DNA of 64,000 nt from the NCBI GenBank assembly GCA_028534125.1, contig CM052828.1, forward strand, positions 54,808,001 to 54,872,000, written 5' to 3'. How positions within the stretch are numbered: position 1 is the stretch's first letter; each line of letters begins with the position of its first letter. The position numbers were made by a program, and so were the translations under genes. This DNA is from Lama glama. Taxonomy: Eukaryota. Shown one piece after another: positions 1 to 13,320 of the stretch. Under the pieces are notes generated by a model. It was not told the DNA's origin, did no database searches, and worked only from the letters and a program-made list of their open reading frames with translations.

Positions 1-29
1 CCTCCTACCTTTACGAACTATTTTCTATG

Positions 30-637
30 CTCCTGAGATCAAGCTCTCCACTTCTGCACTGGGTCCCCTCAATCTCACCTACTCTGGAACACTGAGGTAG
101 CAATTCTTAGTGCTCTCTCCTGCATCATCAATCAATTTTCCTTCTCTACTGGACCATTAGTATCTAGCACTTAGGCATGCAATGAAATCTCAAAACTTAA
201 AAAAAAAAAAAAAGATGCCATACTCTTCTGATCCAGGACCAACTTTTGACACATGACTACAGAGAGCTGTCTTTGCTCTTGCTCTCTCCAATTCCTCTCT
301 CCTCCCAGTTTCCCCTGAGCCCTCTCCAGTGTGTTTCAGTCCCACCCACTCCCACTTCAACTATGCCTTCACTCACGCCTTTGTTCCAGAGGGACTTCCT
401 TAGCAAGGCCTCCCTGAACACCTCACTCAAAACTGCAAGCCTCTTGTTCACATTCCCTATTCCCTTCTCTGCTTTATTGTTCTCCAAAGTGCTCATTACA
501 TTTTACTCATTTCTTCACTTACTATCTTGCCTATAAGAATGATAGTTTCATGAGATCAGGATTGTCTATTTTATTCACTGTTTCCCTGACATTCAAAAGA
601 GCAATAGGCCAACAGAAATGTGGTCAATGAATGAATG
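30..637 (+). mobile_element. Degraded LINE-2 fragments ending in the L2 3' tail
   Basis: Pyrimidine-rich L2-like body. The typical 3' end 'ttcatgagatcaggattgtctattttattcactgtttccctg...tcaatgaatgaatg' lies at about 545-637. Confidence 0.7.
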
Positions 638-654
638 GGTCTGGGAGAATCAGA

Positions 655-870
655 GCATGGTGATCTAGAGTAAGGCTCTGGAATTGGACATCCCTGAATC
701 TGAATAGCAGCTTGAGTGTTTCAGCATGTCTTTTAACCTTTCTGTGACTCAGTTTCTATTTCTACAAAATGCAGATAGTAAACTATGCCACAGAATTATT
801 ATAATAATTAAACAAAATGCTCTATGTAAAACAGTCTGCAAACTCCTTAAAACACAGAAAATAAACAGCT
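655..870 (+). mobile_element. MIR SINE
   Basis: Core-like 'ttaacctttctgtgactcagtttctatttctacaaaatgcagatagta' preceded by 'ggctctggaattggaca'. Confidence 0.7.
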
Positions 871-3800
871 AACAAATGAATGACCACTTTTACATTATCT
901 CAGGTCAAAAGGTACAAAGCAGTTTTAATGTTTATATTCTGAACTGCTCCATTTTCTAGTGTTTTAATATCCCAAAAGATATAGTTCCAACTTAAGCAGT
1001 TTAACTTGGATATTGATCTAATCCCAATACCTTGGGCTCAAAATGGAAATTATGTTGCGCATCATCAGTTCGGATTTATTAGCTCAACTTCTGCCTCACG
1101 TTTTGCTAGGCCTTGAGGACGACAGTTCACAATGCTGCTCATGGGCGTCTGCACCCACCCCTCGAAAAGGCACAGAAAATCACTGCGGTGACACAAAGCC
1201 CAGCGTGTTCACAACATAGGACCTCAAGCAAAATGCAACCAACTGTTCAAAATAACTGAAACTTGTGTTTTAGCCCAAGGGGCACTGCAGCATTCTCTCT
1301 CATGCCTTCTTTAAGACAAGGTGAAACAGAAATACGTAAAACACCGTGTGATGGACAGAAGCTGTGTGAAATGCACAGTGAAGGATTTTCAGGGTTCAAC
1401 GGCATTTTTCATGTATAATTGATAAAGGATGATAGAATCCAGAAAGTCTGAAGTTGGTAGCACAGCGTCCTCATTTCATAAATGAGGAAACTGGGGAGGT
1501 CCACTGAGATTATGTGAAGAGAATGGGCACTAAGAAAGCACTTCCCAGGCAGAAGCAAAGTAACTTCCTCAGAGCACGCTCCCCTCCAGCAGAGGCGGGC
1601 AGGCAGCATAATGGAGCAGGAAGGGCACAGAAATAGCACCCAGCACAGCACCCAGCACAGTAAGTATTTCTGCAAGCACTGAACTAAGAGTAAAATGACC
1701 TGAATTCTGGTCACGGCTCTGCCCAAAACCTCCTCAAATAAGCTACTTCACCTCTTAGGTCTCGTTTTTCTCATCTTTGTACTCATATCACAGTCAATGG
1801 TTCCACCAACTAAGGGCATGTTAGGTGGCTGGTTAGAAGTTGTAAGGGTAGGAAAAAGACACCTTTTTAAAAGTTTTTTTTTTTTTTGTGCTAAGACTCA
1901 CAGGGCTTTCCTGGGACATGGGGGTCTAAAGGTCACATTCTATTTCAATAAATAGAAAGCATACATTTGAACAAAAGGGTGCGAATGAACAAGGAGTTGA
2001 CTGCCCATTTCCCAAAAGAAAATACATAAACGAAACAACTGAAGTAAAATAGTCATTATTATGAGATGCCATTATATGTTAATATTTTTAAATACATCTT
2101 AAATCCAAGATAGCATTTTTAATTATCACAGATTTTACTGACTCCGTGTGTATGTGAAACATTAATGAGAACCCAAAAGTGCAAAATAGTGAGGATCCCT
2201 TCTGCCACATTTGTAAAGCTGAGGGAAAATTCCATTTTCCCAGAATTTAAGGCTTCCCAGAATTTAATCCATGACTTCTCAAAAAAGAGCCTTACCAACA
2301 TCTTTTTTATAAATTCAACTGCTGTGCATCATGTCCTCAAATGCATCACCCGCAGATGATGACTAACTCACAGCAGACCTGTCTCCTCTCGAGGACTGGT
2401 TGAAACGTTGCCATCCTACCTGACAGTTTTAAGTATTTCAGTCACTAATAATTTTTTACATATTTATGTCTTAGCATTTATAAAGAACCCCCTCCCCAAG
2501 ACCCTGAAAAGCCCTGCAAGTTAGACGGCTTTATTTTGCATATATATATATATTTTTTTAAAGCACCAGTGAAGAGACATGATAAGTGATATTTCTCAAG
2601 AAATAGCTCAGTTATAAACCAAATCAGAAATAAGATCAGAAGTCCCACTTACAATCTCTGACCTGACTGTCCCATAATGCTTCTAGCTAACTAGTGAGAC
2701 GACTTAAAGCAGATCACAATGTAAAGGTCTTATGAAGATATTTCTATTTATGGTATTTCTAGAAACATTACCAGTTCTATGTGTGAAGCTATGTAAAATC
2801 TGGGAACTAGATTATCATACTGCACTAAGTAAGTCTTGGGGTATCCAACATGCCACCCACAGGCCATATGAAGCTTTCAAAATTGAAAAGCCTTATATAT
2901 ACACATATATATGTGTGTATTTTATATATATATATATATATCAGATTCATTCCAAGAGGTAAACTTCCCATCTACCTTAACCCAGCATAGCTCTCACATA
3001 TATGCATATGTGAAATGTTTACTCTTCGAAAACACATCAACATCCATGGCTTACAATTAGAAAATCAGTTTGCATCTGTGAGACTATGACTCAGATTTGT
3101 AAGCGAGGTAGGGGGTCTTTATCCCAAATAAAGGGAAACTGGGCCAGAAAACAGTCTAGTTCAAGGTCAACTTGTTAATATATTAATGATTAGCAATTAA
3201 TCATGCAATGATATTTGAAATGTTAAAAAAAAAAAAAAGATCCCACACTCTCCTGATCCAGGACCAATTTTTTTTGACATGTGACTCCAAAAAATTGCCT
3301 AGCTCAGGGTCAGCTTGTTAACACTGAAGATTACACAAGAGTTAAAGCTTGTGCCATTGGTCTTAAACTGAGTCTCTTGCCATACAGTTTCCCTTGGAAT
3401 CAATGAAGTGTCAAAAACACGGAGGTTACACAAGAAGAGGCCCCTCGGCTTTCAGTACAGTAGGAAAACAAAGGCACCGCCAGAGATACTGAGCATGATT
3501 TCTGTTTGTGATTTCCTGTGTTCTGATGATGGGAGATGTAAACAGTTAGAAACGAATTACCAAAAATACTGAGCCCTGTCACAAAGGACGCAAAGCGTCT
3601 GGGAGTGAATAAACAGTAATCCCTCCAAACCTGCCACGGTCCGTTCAGTGCCAACATCTGGTCCTGACAAAAAAGTATCCTTTCTCAGGCACTACCTGGC
3701 CATTTGTTATGTCAGTCTCCAGTGTGTGAAGGGTTCTTCCTATCAGAGAAATCACCCCACAGCCACCACAAGATGTTTCTTATTTTGATGACTGANNNNN

Positions 3801-5899
3801 NNNNNNNNNNNNNNNNNNNNNNNNNNNNNNNNNNNNNNNNNNNNNNNNNNNNNNNNNNNNNNNNNNNNNNNNNNNNNNNNNNNNNNNNNNNNNNNNNNNN
3901 NNNNNNNNNNNNNNNNNNNNNNNNNNNGGAGCCCAGATCGAGGCCATCTGTTCGGGTCCCAGCCTCTCCAAACACACACAGAAAGATGATGTCAAAAGGG
4001 GCATGCTCCAGCCCTGCTAACGAGGCACCGGAGGTAAACCAGAAGACCCAGCTTGAGCAGCCTACCCACTCAGCTGGATTTGGGCTGGCACAATTATTTT
4101 TAAGTTGATTTGCCTAAACAAATGTTGATTTGAACATCCCTGTATTAGTCCTACTCACAGACATGGAGGTAGGCAGATCCTCTGAATCCACAGAAATGTG
4201 CGTTGCACACAACCTACAAAATGAAACCCGTCTCAGAGGACGTAGTCAGCACTTGCCTGATGGTGCGTTAGTGCACCTTCAAACTCAGCTCTTGGACGCC
4301 CCTAAGTTACTGTAGCCAGAAAGGCTGTCTGATGCAAAGCATACAAATGATGGCCACTCTTTGGAAACAGCAGTGTCATGTAGCTCTACTCAGTAAAATA
4401 AAACCAAACAAGATGTCCTTTCTTGCCTCAACATCACCATGTTACCCAAAGATTCGTGATCTATTACAAAAACTGCCAATCACTAAGATGAGGCTGGGAT
4501 AAAAGAATGCACTCGAATAAGGTTTTTGTGATCAGACTTCTAGCTTCATGTTTCACACATGTTATAAACTCTCCTGGAAATAATCTGGCCTTCTAAGATA
4601 TTTTGAATTTTGCTTTTTGTACTCTAAAATGTGTTTGCTTTTTAGTTATCTTTGAGATCATTGTGAAAGATATTCTAGATTTTTCAAAATAACCCACTAT
4701 GATAACAAGGGAAGTTCTGGGATCTAGGGCCATTTTGGCAATGGTGTTGGTGATAGCCCCCACCCCTAAGAAGGCACCTGTTTTCAACCCACACTGACAC
4801 CTAAAGCTACCAGGCAGCACCCTGTGTGACTAGAAGCCACAGTGTTAGAACCATCTCCTTTTTTCTCTCTCTGCAAACCCTTCTACCTAAACCTACTTTC
4901 CCATCAATACACATCCAGATCCCAGTCTTTCAGGGGCCTTCCTGATCTCTACGCAAGAGAAGTAATTCATGAAGACGGGCTAACATTTTAGGTCTCTCAG
5001 TTTATATATAGATCAGCATTTTCAATTAGACTCCACGTTCTATGTAGCCCAATCTTGGAAGTTACTAGAGAGAGAGAAACATCATCATGGAAACACTAAG
5101 TGCCATACAGTAGCCTTCATTTCATTATTCTTTGACAATTTCCATATATACAGTTTTGTTTGATTCCTCCTGATGAAATTTCTTTTGGTTAGATTTTAGA
5201 CCTTGTGGACTTTCTAAAGTACTGCTAATTGAGTTGTCTATATATATATTCCATACATAACGGAAGTCTTCTCAATAAAGTCAGCCTTTTTTAAGATTTA
5301 GTAAAATCAGCAGACGTACTGCAAACCCAATTCCCATCAAGAAATGAGATACAGCCAAAAATTTTAGTAGAAATAAGATAGGTGCCTACCGAAGGATGAC
5401 AGCAGTGAGATGCACTTCAATTTACCCTTCAGAACCTAGAAAAAGTTCAGAGGTTGGAAGTACAGGTACAGTGTAAAGGAAGAGTATATTGGACTAAGAA
5501 GTTTGAAAGCAAGAGAATATTTTGAAAGTCTCTGTAAAGAGCATTTCTTTTCCTGCATCCTTACCTCCAAAGCACTTATTACATGATTGTTCATCCTTTA
5601 TTCCCACAGGACACTGAGAAATATTCTATAGAGAAAACTGAGCCTGAGGACACGAAGACTCAAGAAAGTCAGGGGCAGGGGAGGGGAGGGATGAGAAAGC
5701 ACTGAGACAGCCATCCCTTCCTCTCGCCTTGCTCTAGGATGTCAACAGCCAGGTCTATGCTCCTCAAAAGGAGATTGGAGGATCCTGCTCTAGATAAACT
5801 GAGAAAAAATGTAGCCATACTGACTTTTGTGGGTTCCCAACCAAGAATGATCTGGCTGATCACAGAGAAGCTGATGAATGAACAAACCCAACTTCTCAC

Positions 5900-6680
5900 A
5901 AAGCTTTTCATTGGTGTTTAAGCATGAACATGAGTAGAAGAGAAAGAATTACCAAACATTTGAGAAGAGCCTCCAACTGGACAATAGAGAATAAAATAGG
6001 GGAAAAAAGGAAAGAAACAAAACCGAAAATTTCAAATAACTGACAAAGATAGCATCATAGATAAAAGACACTGTATCCATGAATTAAAACCAAAATGGCA
6101 TATAAAGGAATAATAACAATAAAAAAAAAACTCTTTGAAAGTAAAAGTTTGAAAATAAAAAGTGTTTAAATCCAGTAAGGGAATTAGAAGATGAAAGCAA
6201 GGAAATATGTCCCCAAGAGGAACAAAATGACAAAGAAAGGGCTTATAAACAACAACAAAAGAGGGCTAGTTTAGAAAATCCATGTGGTCTAAAATCTAAG
6301 AAAAGACCAAACAAACAGTCTATATAGAAATTATCAAATAAATAATAAAAAGAACATTTCTCAGAACTGGCTGATGTCTCTAAATTGAAAAGTCCTTGAA
6401 AATGTCTACAGAAAAATCAATAAAGGTCCACACCATATGCTTTAAAATTCTAGAGGGTAGAGAGAGGAGGTCAAATACAAAGAAATAGGAAAAAGTGGCA
6501 TCAGAGTCTCAACATTCACATTGGATACTAGAAGAAATAGAGTGAGGCCTTCAAAATTCTAAGGGAAAATTATTTTCATCTGGAAGTCTGTATCTGGCAA
6601 AATTGTCAGCCCAGCATGAGGATAAAATAAAGACATTCTTTAGACATGCAAAATGTCACACATTTTCCCTTTCTCAAGGA
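5900..6680 (+). mobile_element. Ancient L1M/HAL1-type ORF1 relic
   Basis: A-rich. 'gccttcaaaattctaagggaaaattattttcatc...ataaagacattcttagacatgcaa' reads AFKILRENYF..., resembling the L1 ORF1p C-terminal FKVLKEKNFQPRI..IKTFSD region. Many stops; boundaries approximate. Confidence 0.6.
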
Positions 6681-7354
6681 ATCGCCATGGCTAAGAGTGA
6701 TGAGAGCCTGGAGATAGAAGGTCCTACGTACAAAGAGGTTAAGGAGATTTCCAAAATGACAGCTTGGACAAAGTAACTCCTAGTAAACAGGAATACAAAG
6801 GAACACACCATAAGAAGGGTGTTGCGCATCCATCACAAGTCACTTTTCATTGTTACTCGTTTGTAGATGGCAACGGAGGTAAAAGTGGAGGTTAATGACA
6901 CACTGAATAAGGAAGCTGTCTACTTGGGTTTGGATAAAAGGGTAATAGGCTTTCAAAGGTACTTTGATCCATTCAGTTTACTTTAAAAAATAACAATAAA
7001 ATAAAGCAATATTTAGTATCTTCAGATTTTTGGCAGACTTACAAAAATTCAACCAAATTCAGTTCGATTGCAATTCTGTCCAATGAAGCATGGCTCTGAA
7101 TTTCTTTTCAGTTGTATTGTTTTTATATTCAAAATATCCCTGCCCGCCACCACCCCCCTACCTTTTTTGGTAAATCACTTAGAGGGGAGTCATGTGTTCT
7201 GGATTTGGAAGCAATTGTATTTCACATCAAAAAGTATTTTCCTTTGAGAGAAACTAAAAGAGTAAAGCATAACACTAATAGATAGTTATAAAGCTGATTC
7301 TCTAACGTCTAGGATCATTAGCAATCCTTTGTCCTCTCATCCTTGCCCTAGAGC

Positions 7355-7358
<4 letters not shown>

Positions 7359-7403
<45 letters not shown>

Positions 7404-7408
7404 GCGCG
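7359..7408. repeat. Compound microsatellite (CA)15(CG)10
   Basis: Read directly: CA units 7359-7388, CG units 7389-7408. Confidence 0.97.
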
Positions 7409-7803
7409 CATACCCCTAAGGATAGTGTTAATTATTCCTAGAAAGTCCACAAAATATGTAAGTCTTTCACCCTGAATTCTTGTTATGCATCCCAAAATAT
7501 CTTTAGTTTACAATCAGAGAGATACTCTATTACCTAGTCAGTCTTTTTGTCTACCAATCATGTTTCCTGATTCTAAAATGATATTTCACAACTATGATGG
7601 AGAGGAAAACAGTGAAGTGTCCAACAAATAAAACTTAAAATCAATATATGGATCAAGAAGACAGTAGTAAAGAGGCTTCTTATCGTAACAGCTAAAGTTC
7701 CTGCAAGAAGAGGTAATCAATTAAATTACGTGACGAATGTACTTTTGTGGGCATTCAGAGTCCTTAATAAAATGGCAATCAGGTTTACTCAAAAGAATTA
7801 TGC

Positions 7804-8911
7804 AATACTACAGAGCTACAGTCATCAAGACAGCATGGTATTGGTACCAAAACAGACATATAGACCAATGGAGCACAATAGAGAGTCCAGAAATGAACCC
7901 ACAAACTTTTGGTCAACTCATCTTCGACAAAGGAGGCAAGAATATACAATGGAATAAAGACAGTCTCTTCAGCAAATGGTGTTGGGAAAACTGGACAGCA
8001 GCATGTAAAACAATGAAGCTAGAACACACCCTTACACCATATACAAAAATCAACNNNNNNNNNNNNNNNNNNNNNNNNNNNNNNNNNNNNNNNNNNNNNN
8101 NNNNNNNNNNNNNNNNNNNNNNNNNNNNNNNNNNNNNNNNNNNNNNNNNNNNNNNNNNNNNNNNNNNNNNNNNNNNNNNNNNNNNNNNNNNNNNNNNNNN
8201 NNNNNNNNNNNNNNNNNNNNNNNNNNNNNNNNNNNNNNNNNNNNNNNNNNNNNNNNNNNNNNNNNNNNNNNNNNNNNNNNNNNNNNNNNNNNNNNNNNNN
8301 NNNNNNNNNNNNNNNNNNNNNNNNNNNNNNNNNNNNNNNNNNNNNNNNNNNNNNNNNNNNNNNNNNNNNNNNNNNNNNNNNNNNNNNNNNNNNNNNNNNN
8401 NNNNNNNNNNNNNNNNNNNNNNNNNNNNNNNNNNNNNNNNNNNNNNNNNNNNNNNNNNNNNNNNNNNNNNNNNNNNNNNNNNNNNNNNNNNNNNNNNNNN
8501 NNNNNNNNNNNNNNNNNNNNNNNNNNNNNNNNNNNNNNNNNNNNNNNNNNNNNNATACCATATGAGATCGCTCATATGTGGAATCTAAAAAACAAAAACA
8601 AACAAAAACAAAGCATAAATACAGGACAGAAATAGACTCATGGACAGAGAATACAGACTTGTGGTTACCGGGGGGGTGGGGGGGTAGAGGGTGGGAAGGG
8701 ATAGAATGGGATTTCAAAATTGTAGAATAGATAAACAAGATTACACTGTATAGCACAGGGAAATATACACAAAATGTTATGATAAATCACAGAGAAAAAA
8801 ATGTGACAATGAGTGTGTATATGTCCATGAATGAGTGAAAAATTGTGCTGAACACTGGAATTTGACAGAACGCTGTAAAATGATTATGAATCAATAAAAA
8901 ATGTAAAAAAA
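7804..8911 (+). mobile_element. Young 5'-truncated LINE-1 (ORF2 C-terminus, 3' UTR, poly-A) with 13-bp target-site duplication
   Basis: ORF 7737..8588 reads [22 protein letters not shown]...[27 protein letters not shown]...LTPYTKIN [gap] YHMRSLICGI*, which is canonical L1 ORF2p. A G-rich 3' UTR tract lies at about 8670-8700, followed by AATAAA and an A tail. TSD AAAAGAATTATGC at 7791-7803 and 8912-8924. Confidence 0.96.
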
Positions 8912-11454
8912 AAAAGAATTATGCTCCCATACATCTGTAACAGTTTAGTCAACTGAGAAGTATTTACTAATTACCTACTGAATTAGATGCTGAGATTTTA
9001 AGTAAAATGTGTGCTATTACTTGCCTTGTGTAATTATCGTAAGAAAACTAAATAAGCAAATAAACATCAAGTAGAAACAGGAGTAAAGTCGAATAACCCA
9101 TGAGAAGCTTCTTGGAGGAGGTGCTGCTCCAGCTGTGCCTTGGAGGCAGATATACGAAAAATAAAGGCAGAAAGAAAGGCTCTCCAAATCGGGGGAGAAA
9201 GAAGACTTTTGTTTGTGAGAATTGTCAACCAATATCATCATAATTAGAGAAACCAGTTATCTATTATGCCCAGACAGTAAGTAAATATTAGAAACCAACC
9301 TTTCCAGGAGTATTTTGGCTTCCATCTTAAATGTGAGGATATTCACCTTCAAAGAGTTTGAGCCAAGCTGCAGAGAATTAAGAAGTAACCGGGAGGGGAA
9401 GCAGTAAATACTTACCACTCCTTCAAAGAGCTGAGTGTCCAACAAGGAGAGGAGGTACAGCAGAGTCGGGCCTTTTGAAGGGGCAGATGTTAGGCAAGCT
9501 AGAGAGGGCAAGGGGTTGGGCCCCAGAGAAGCAGGATGGGAAGGAATCCAGAAAAAAGGTGCATAGCTTTACAAAGAAGGCTTTTTTTTTTTCCATATGA
9601 GACTAGGGAAGAATGAGAGGGTAATTCTTCTATTTATGCAAATAAAAAAGGAAGACAAAGTGTTCCATTATGAGGAGACAAATTTATTTTAGAGATCCCA
9701 TGTCATTCAAAATGACACAAAGTAGATGCAGAATATCCATTCCCACTTACCCACCCATCATCAACGCAACATGCTCACTCACTCACTCAGCAACTACCTG
9801 AAGGTGCAGACTGTGCGGTTAGCGCTATTGTAGTCTGTAAAGGGTACAGAAATGTAGCACTCCTTCCCTTAAAGTGTTCCTAATGTATAATTAAAGGCTG
9901 TTCTTCCCCACCCCCCCAACCCACCTCCTGTCTCTATTATCAGCTCAAAGCAAGAAGGCTGACAAAGCTGCTATTTGAAATATTTTTACAATTGAAAGGG
10001 CTACTTTCCTGCAAGGCTTCCAAGACAGGGCATTTTTCTAACTTTTCATGTTCTCTTAGTATGAATAAAAGGCAGAAAGCTGACACAAAGCTATGGTATT
10101 ACTTTTTTTTTTTATTTGAAATTGCAAAATGATTAAAGCCACCTAGCAACAATAGTCGAGAAAGAATGCCAGTCTGGTGCCAGGCAGAGATCAGCATAGA
10201 GATATGCTTATAAAGGACTCCCAAGGCTATCTGCATTTTTCTCTGGGGCTGTTTTCTCTCCCTTGCCTCTGTTATTAGCTTATCCCTAGATCTATGTGGC
10301 CACCCAAGCTGACACCGCTCAACATGGAGTCTCAAATCATAGGGAAGTCAGGGAAGTAACAGCCACACTTGTTAACAGAAGTAATTATAATTTGAGATCT
10401 TCACTCACTGGTCAAAGTCTCTGCTAATTAGAAAATCAGCTTTTTGGATACTTCTAGGGCATCACCTAACAGTGTATAGCCACTTTGGTAAAGCCAGTGC
10501 TTCAATCTTTTAGTTCACTGAGGACTAATTATTCATGGCACCTTTCTACCAGGGGACAATTTTTAAAAATCACTGGACAGCATGCTATAGCATAACTCCC
10601 AGCTCCAAGCCTGGGACCTCCTGCATAGTCTACATTACAGTGCCATTGGAATGGTTTTGAAATTCAAAAGGCAAGGTGGTGGGGGAGCATTTTGGAAATA
10701 CTTTGCACAAGCTTCTCTGAATTTGCCATGAAATCCTAGATAACCAGTTACAATTCTAGACTTCAGCTTTCCCAGCTTTAAAATTAAAAGGAAGATGGAC
10801 AAGATTAACTCAACGCTCAGTGATTCCACCTAGGCTCCCGTGATGGTGTCTACTTCAGAACTTACTTTTAAGCCTGCAGACAACAGCAACGACTAATTCT
10901 ATAACTATGTTAATACCTAACGTTATTATACCTTATCTAATTAAGCTAACTCAGACATAACAACAACCCAGTAACCAAGATTAGTGACAGCTCAAGGAAC
11001 AAAATGACAGAGAATCGCTCTAAATGGCTAGGAATCTAGCTAAAAGTGGTGATGCCTTTCCCATGTTTGCTCCCCACAAAATGCCAAGCCCACCCCAAAA
11101 TACCAGTGGAGGGCAAAATGGATCAATGAGCACATTTTGGAAAAATACATTTCCACGTCGTAAAAAAGGTCATAATTGAGCATTTTGCTGACTATCCTGA
11201 TTTTCTTTACTATTTTCTTCTGTAGGAATGTAAGTACTTGAATAACAGTTAAAATTCTAAACCAAAGCTACTGATCTCCAATGTGTAAAACTACAACATG
11301 AAAACAAAATCAGCAAGTGTAATAATAACAGCTCAGCTCAGGAAAATATCCTAAACCAGAGACCGTTTATTTTTACCTGCTGGCAAAACTCCCATGAAGG
11401 ATACTGTTTTCAAACGAGAGCAAGCACATTCAATATGTCTCCTAGGTATGGGTG

Positions 11455-11920
11455 AATCCATTCATAAATCTATTCAAGCAAGTACCACGCAGAGATAATA
11501 AAAGCTTAGAGTCTAACAGAGAAGGGTAATTGCATAGACAAAATGTTAAGAGTGGCTTGAAAAAACAGTGGTGTAGAGGGATATTATGGGTGCAAAGGAG
11601 AGTGTGATCAATTCCCCTGGGGGAGTAGACAGAGAGCATCCATTCCAGACTGACAGAGATGGATGCATAATAATAAACAGTCAGTGGTTGAGGTGTTCTG
11701 GGCACTGGGAGTTGATCCTTACACTTCAAGCATAGATTTCAAGGGCAGTTATTGCAACAACCTGCTTAGGGAGGACCTAGTCTGCCAAGCTAACATGTCT
11801 AGATTCCACCACTGACCACGTCTAGACTCATCAACAGATGAAACACATAATCAGATTTGCCTTTAGAAAGATAACTGCACCAGCTGTGGGAAGAATGGAC
11901 TGGAGGGGTGTGACATTAGA
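11455..11920 (-). mobile_element. LINE-2 fragment
   Basis: Starts 'tccattcataaatctattcaagcaagtacc' (reverse L2 tail) and contains 'atcagatttgcctttagaaagataactgcaccagctgtgggaagaatggactggagggg'. Confidence 0.6.
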
Positions 11921-12904
11921 GAGTCACATGCGAGAGAGTTGGCTTTCAAACTAAATTTAAGTGACCCCTTTCTAAAAATTTCATGGGTCAAATCTTCTAT
12001 TAAACATATCTCTCATATTCTCATATTGCTTCTTTAGAAGCATAGCAGAATCTAAACATATCTTGAAGGTTAATACGTTTTTTAATATCCTGTTAGATTT
12101 ATTTAGCTGGAAAAAGAAAAGCCACTTACGGCTGACATTAAGATACATTCCTTGAGTGGCTATTTGATCATCCTAACTCAATCTTTCTCTGACTATACTG
12201 TTGAACACAACGTCAGTAAGCTTTTGCAGGGAAAAAATTCTAATAATCATATTCTTTGCCTTGCGTTTTTCATACACTGTCACAGAATGAATATGAAGTG
12301 CTTTTTAAGCTGATTATATAATTCACAGCAAGATCTGTTTCATTCTTAGTTATCAGTAAAATTATTAAGTTAGCAGCTGCAATCCACTTTTTTCTATTTC
12401 TACCAGAAAAGAAGAAATGAGATTCATCACTTATAAAATGATCCTCCATGAATAAATTATCCTGTGGGTATAATATTTCTAAATTCCCTCATATCTATTA
12501 AAAACTAAATTAATCAAATCACTTGGATGTCAGAATGCTTTAAAAAGATAGATACTGTCAAAATGCTACAATTTCTGGTAAAGATTCCTCCAACCTTTTA
12601 GGGAACATGAATGAAAACAGAACTGCTCCCTTAAAGAACCTTCCCAAACCCACAGCCACTGAGATGTAACACATGCTGCTTCTGGATAAAAAATACTCCT
12701 GTTCTGCCCACTTGGAAAAAACACTACTTAGATGTGTAACAACAGAAATAATGGATATTTAGAGCAGTCATTTGAAAATTGTATTTTTAAAAATCAAATT
12801 AAATTTCTTTCTAAAAAGAATGTGGTCTAAGCGTATTAATTCATTCGTTGACTCAGACTTACTCTCACACCCAACTGGGTAAAGACAAACTGCCAGTTTA
12901 GCCA

Positions 12905-13320
12905 CTTTAACAATATTTGAGCACTCACTGATTTGAGCATGTCAGGTTCTGGATGCACAAAGAATTTATAGCAAAGTAGAGAAGAGGCACATAAAGAGAT
13001 AATTGCAACATCAAGTCCCGTACGATGTCAAGTGCCAGGAGAGCCACACAAGAGCCTTGCTGGAGGTTCAAAGAAGGCAATGAGAAAGAGAGGAGTTAAA
13101 GTTTCATACAGGCGTAGGAATCCTCCAGGTGTAGAAAGGTAGGAAAGGCTCTGTGCTTAGATGGACCTATACTGCCTAAGACACAGAGGCGTGCAGCAGC
13201 ACTGGCATCGGGGAAAAACCACTGGCAGCTTAGTGTTCCTGGAACGTGAGATGCAGAAAGAGGAGCTATGGGACATGAGGCTGTGGAAGTAGGTGAGGGC
13301 TGGGTCCTGGATGTGCTTCT
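12905..13320 (-). mobile_element. LINE-2 fragment
   Basis: 'aacaatatttgagcactcact...' followed by a purine-rich reverse-L2 body ('gagatgcagaaagaggagctatgggacatgaggctgtggaagtagg'). Confidence 0.55.

Noticed and set aside
1031-1160. Minus-strand exon candidate (...GLAKREAEVELINPN*; donor AAG|GTATTG)
   Set aside because: The acceptor would be a rare GAG or lack a pyrimidine tract, and no homology was recognised.
2296-2419. Minus-strand exon candidate ending TG|GTAAGG
   Set aside because: Weak acceptor and stops in all three frames.
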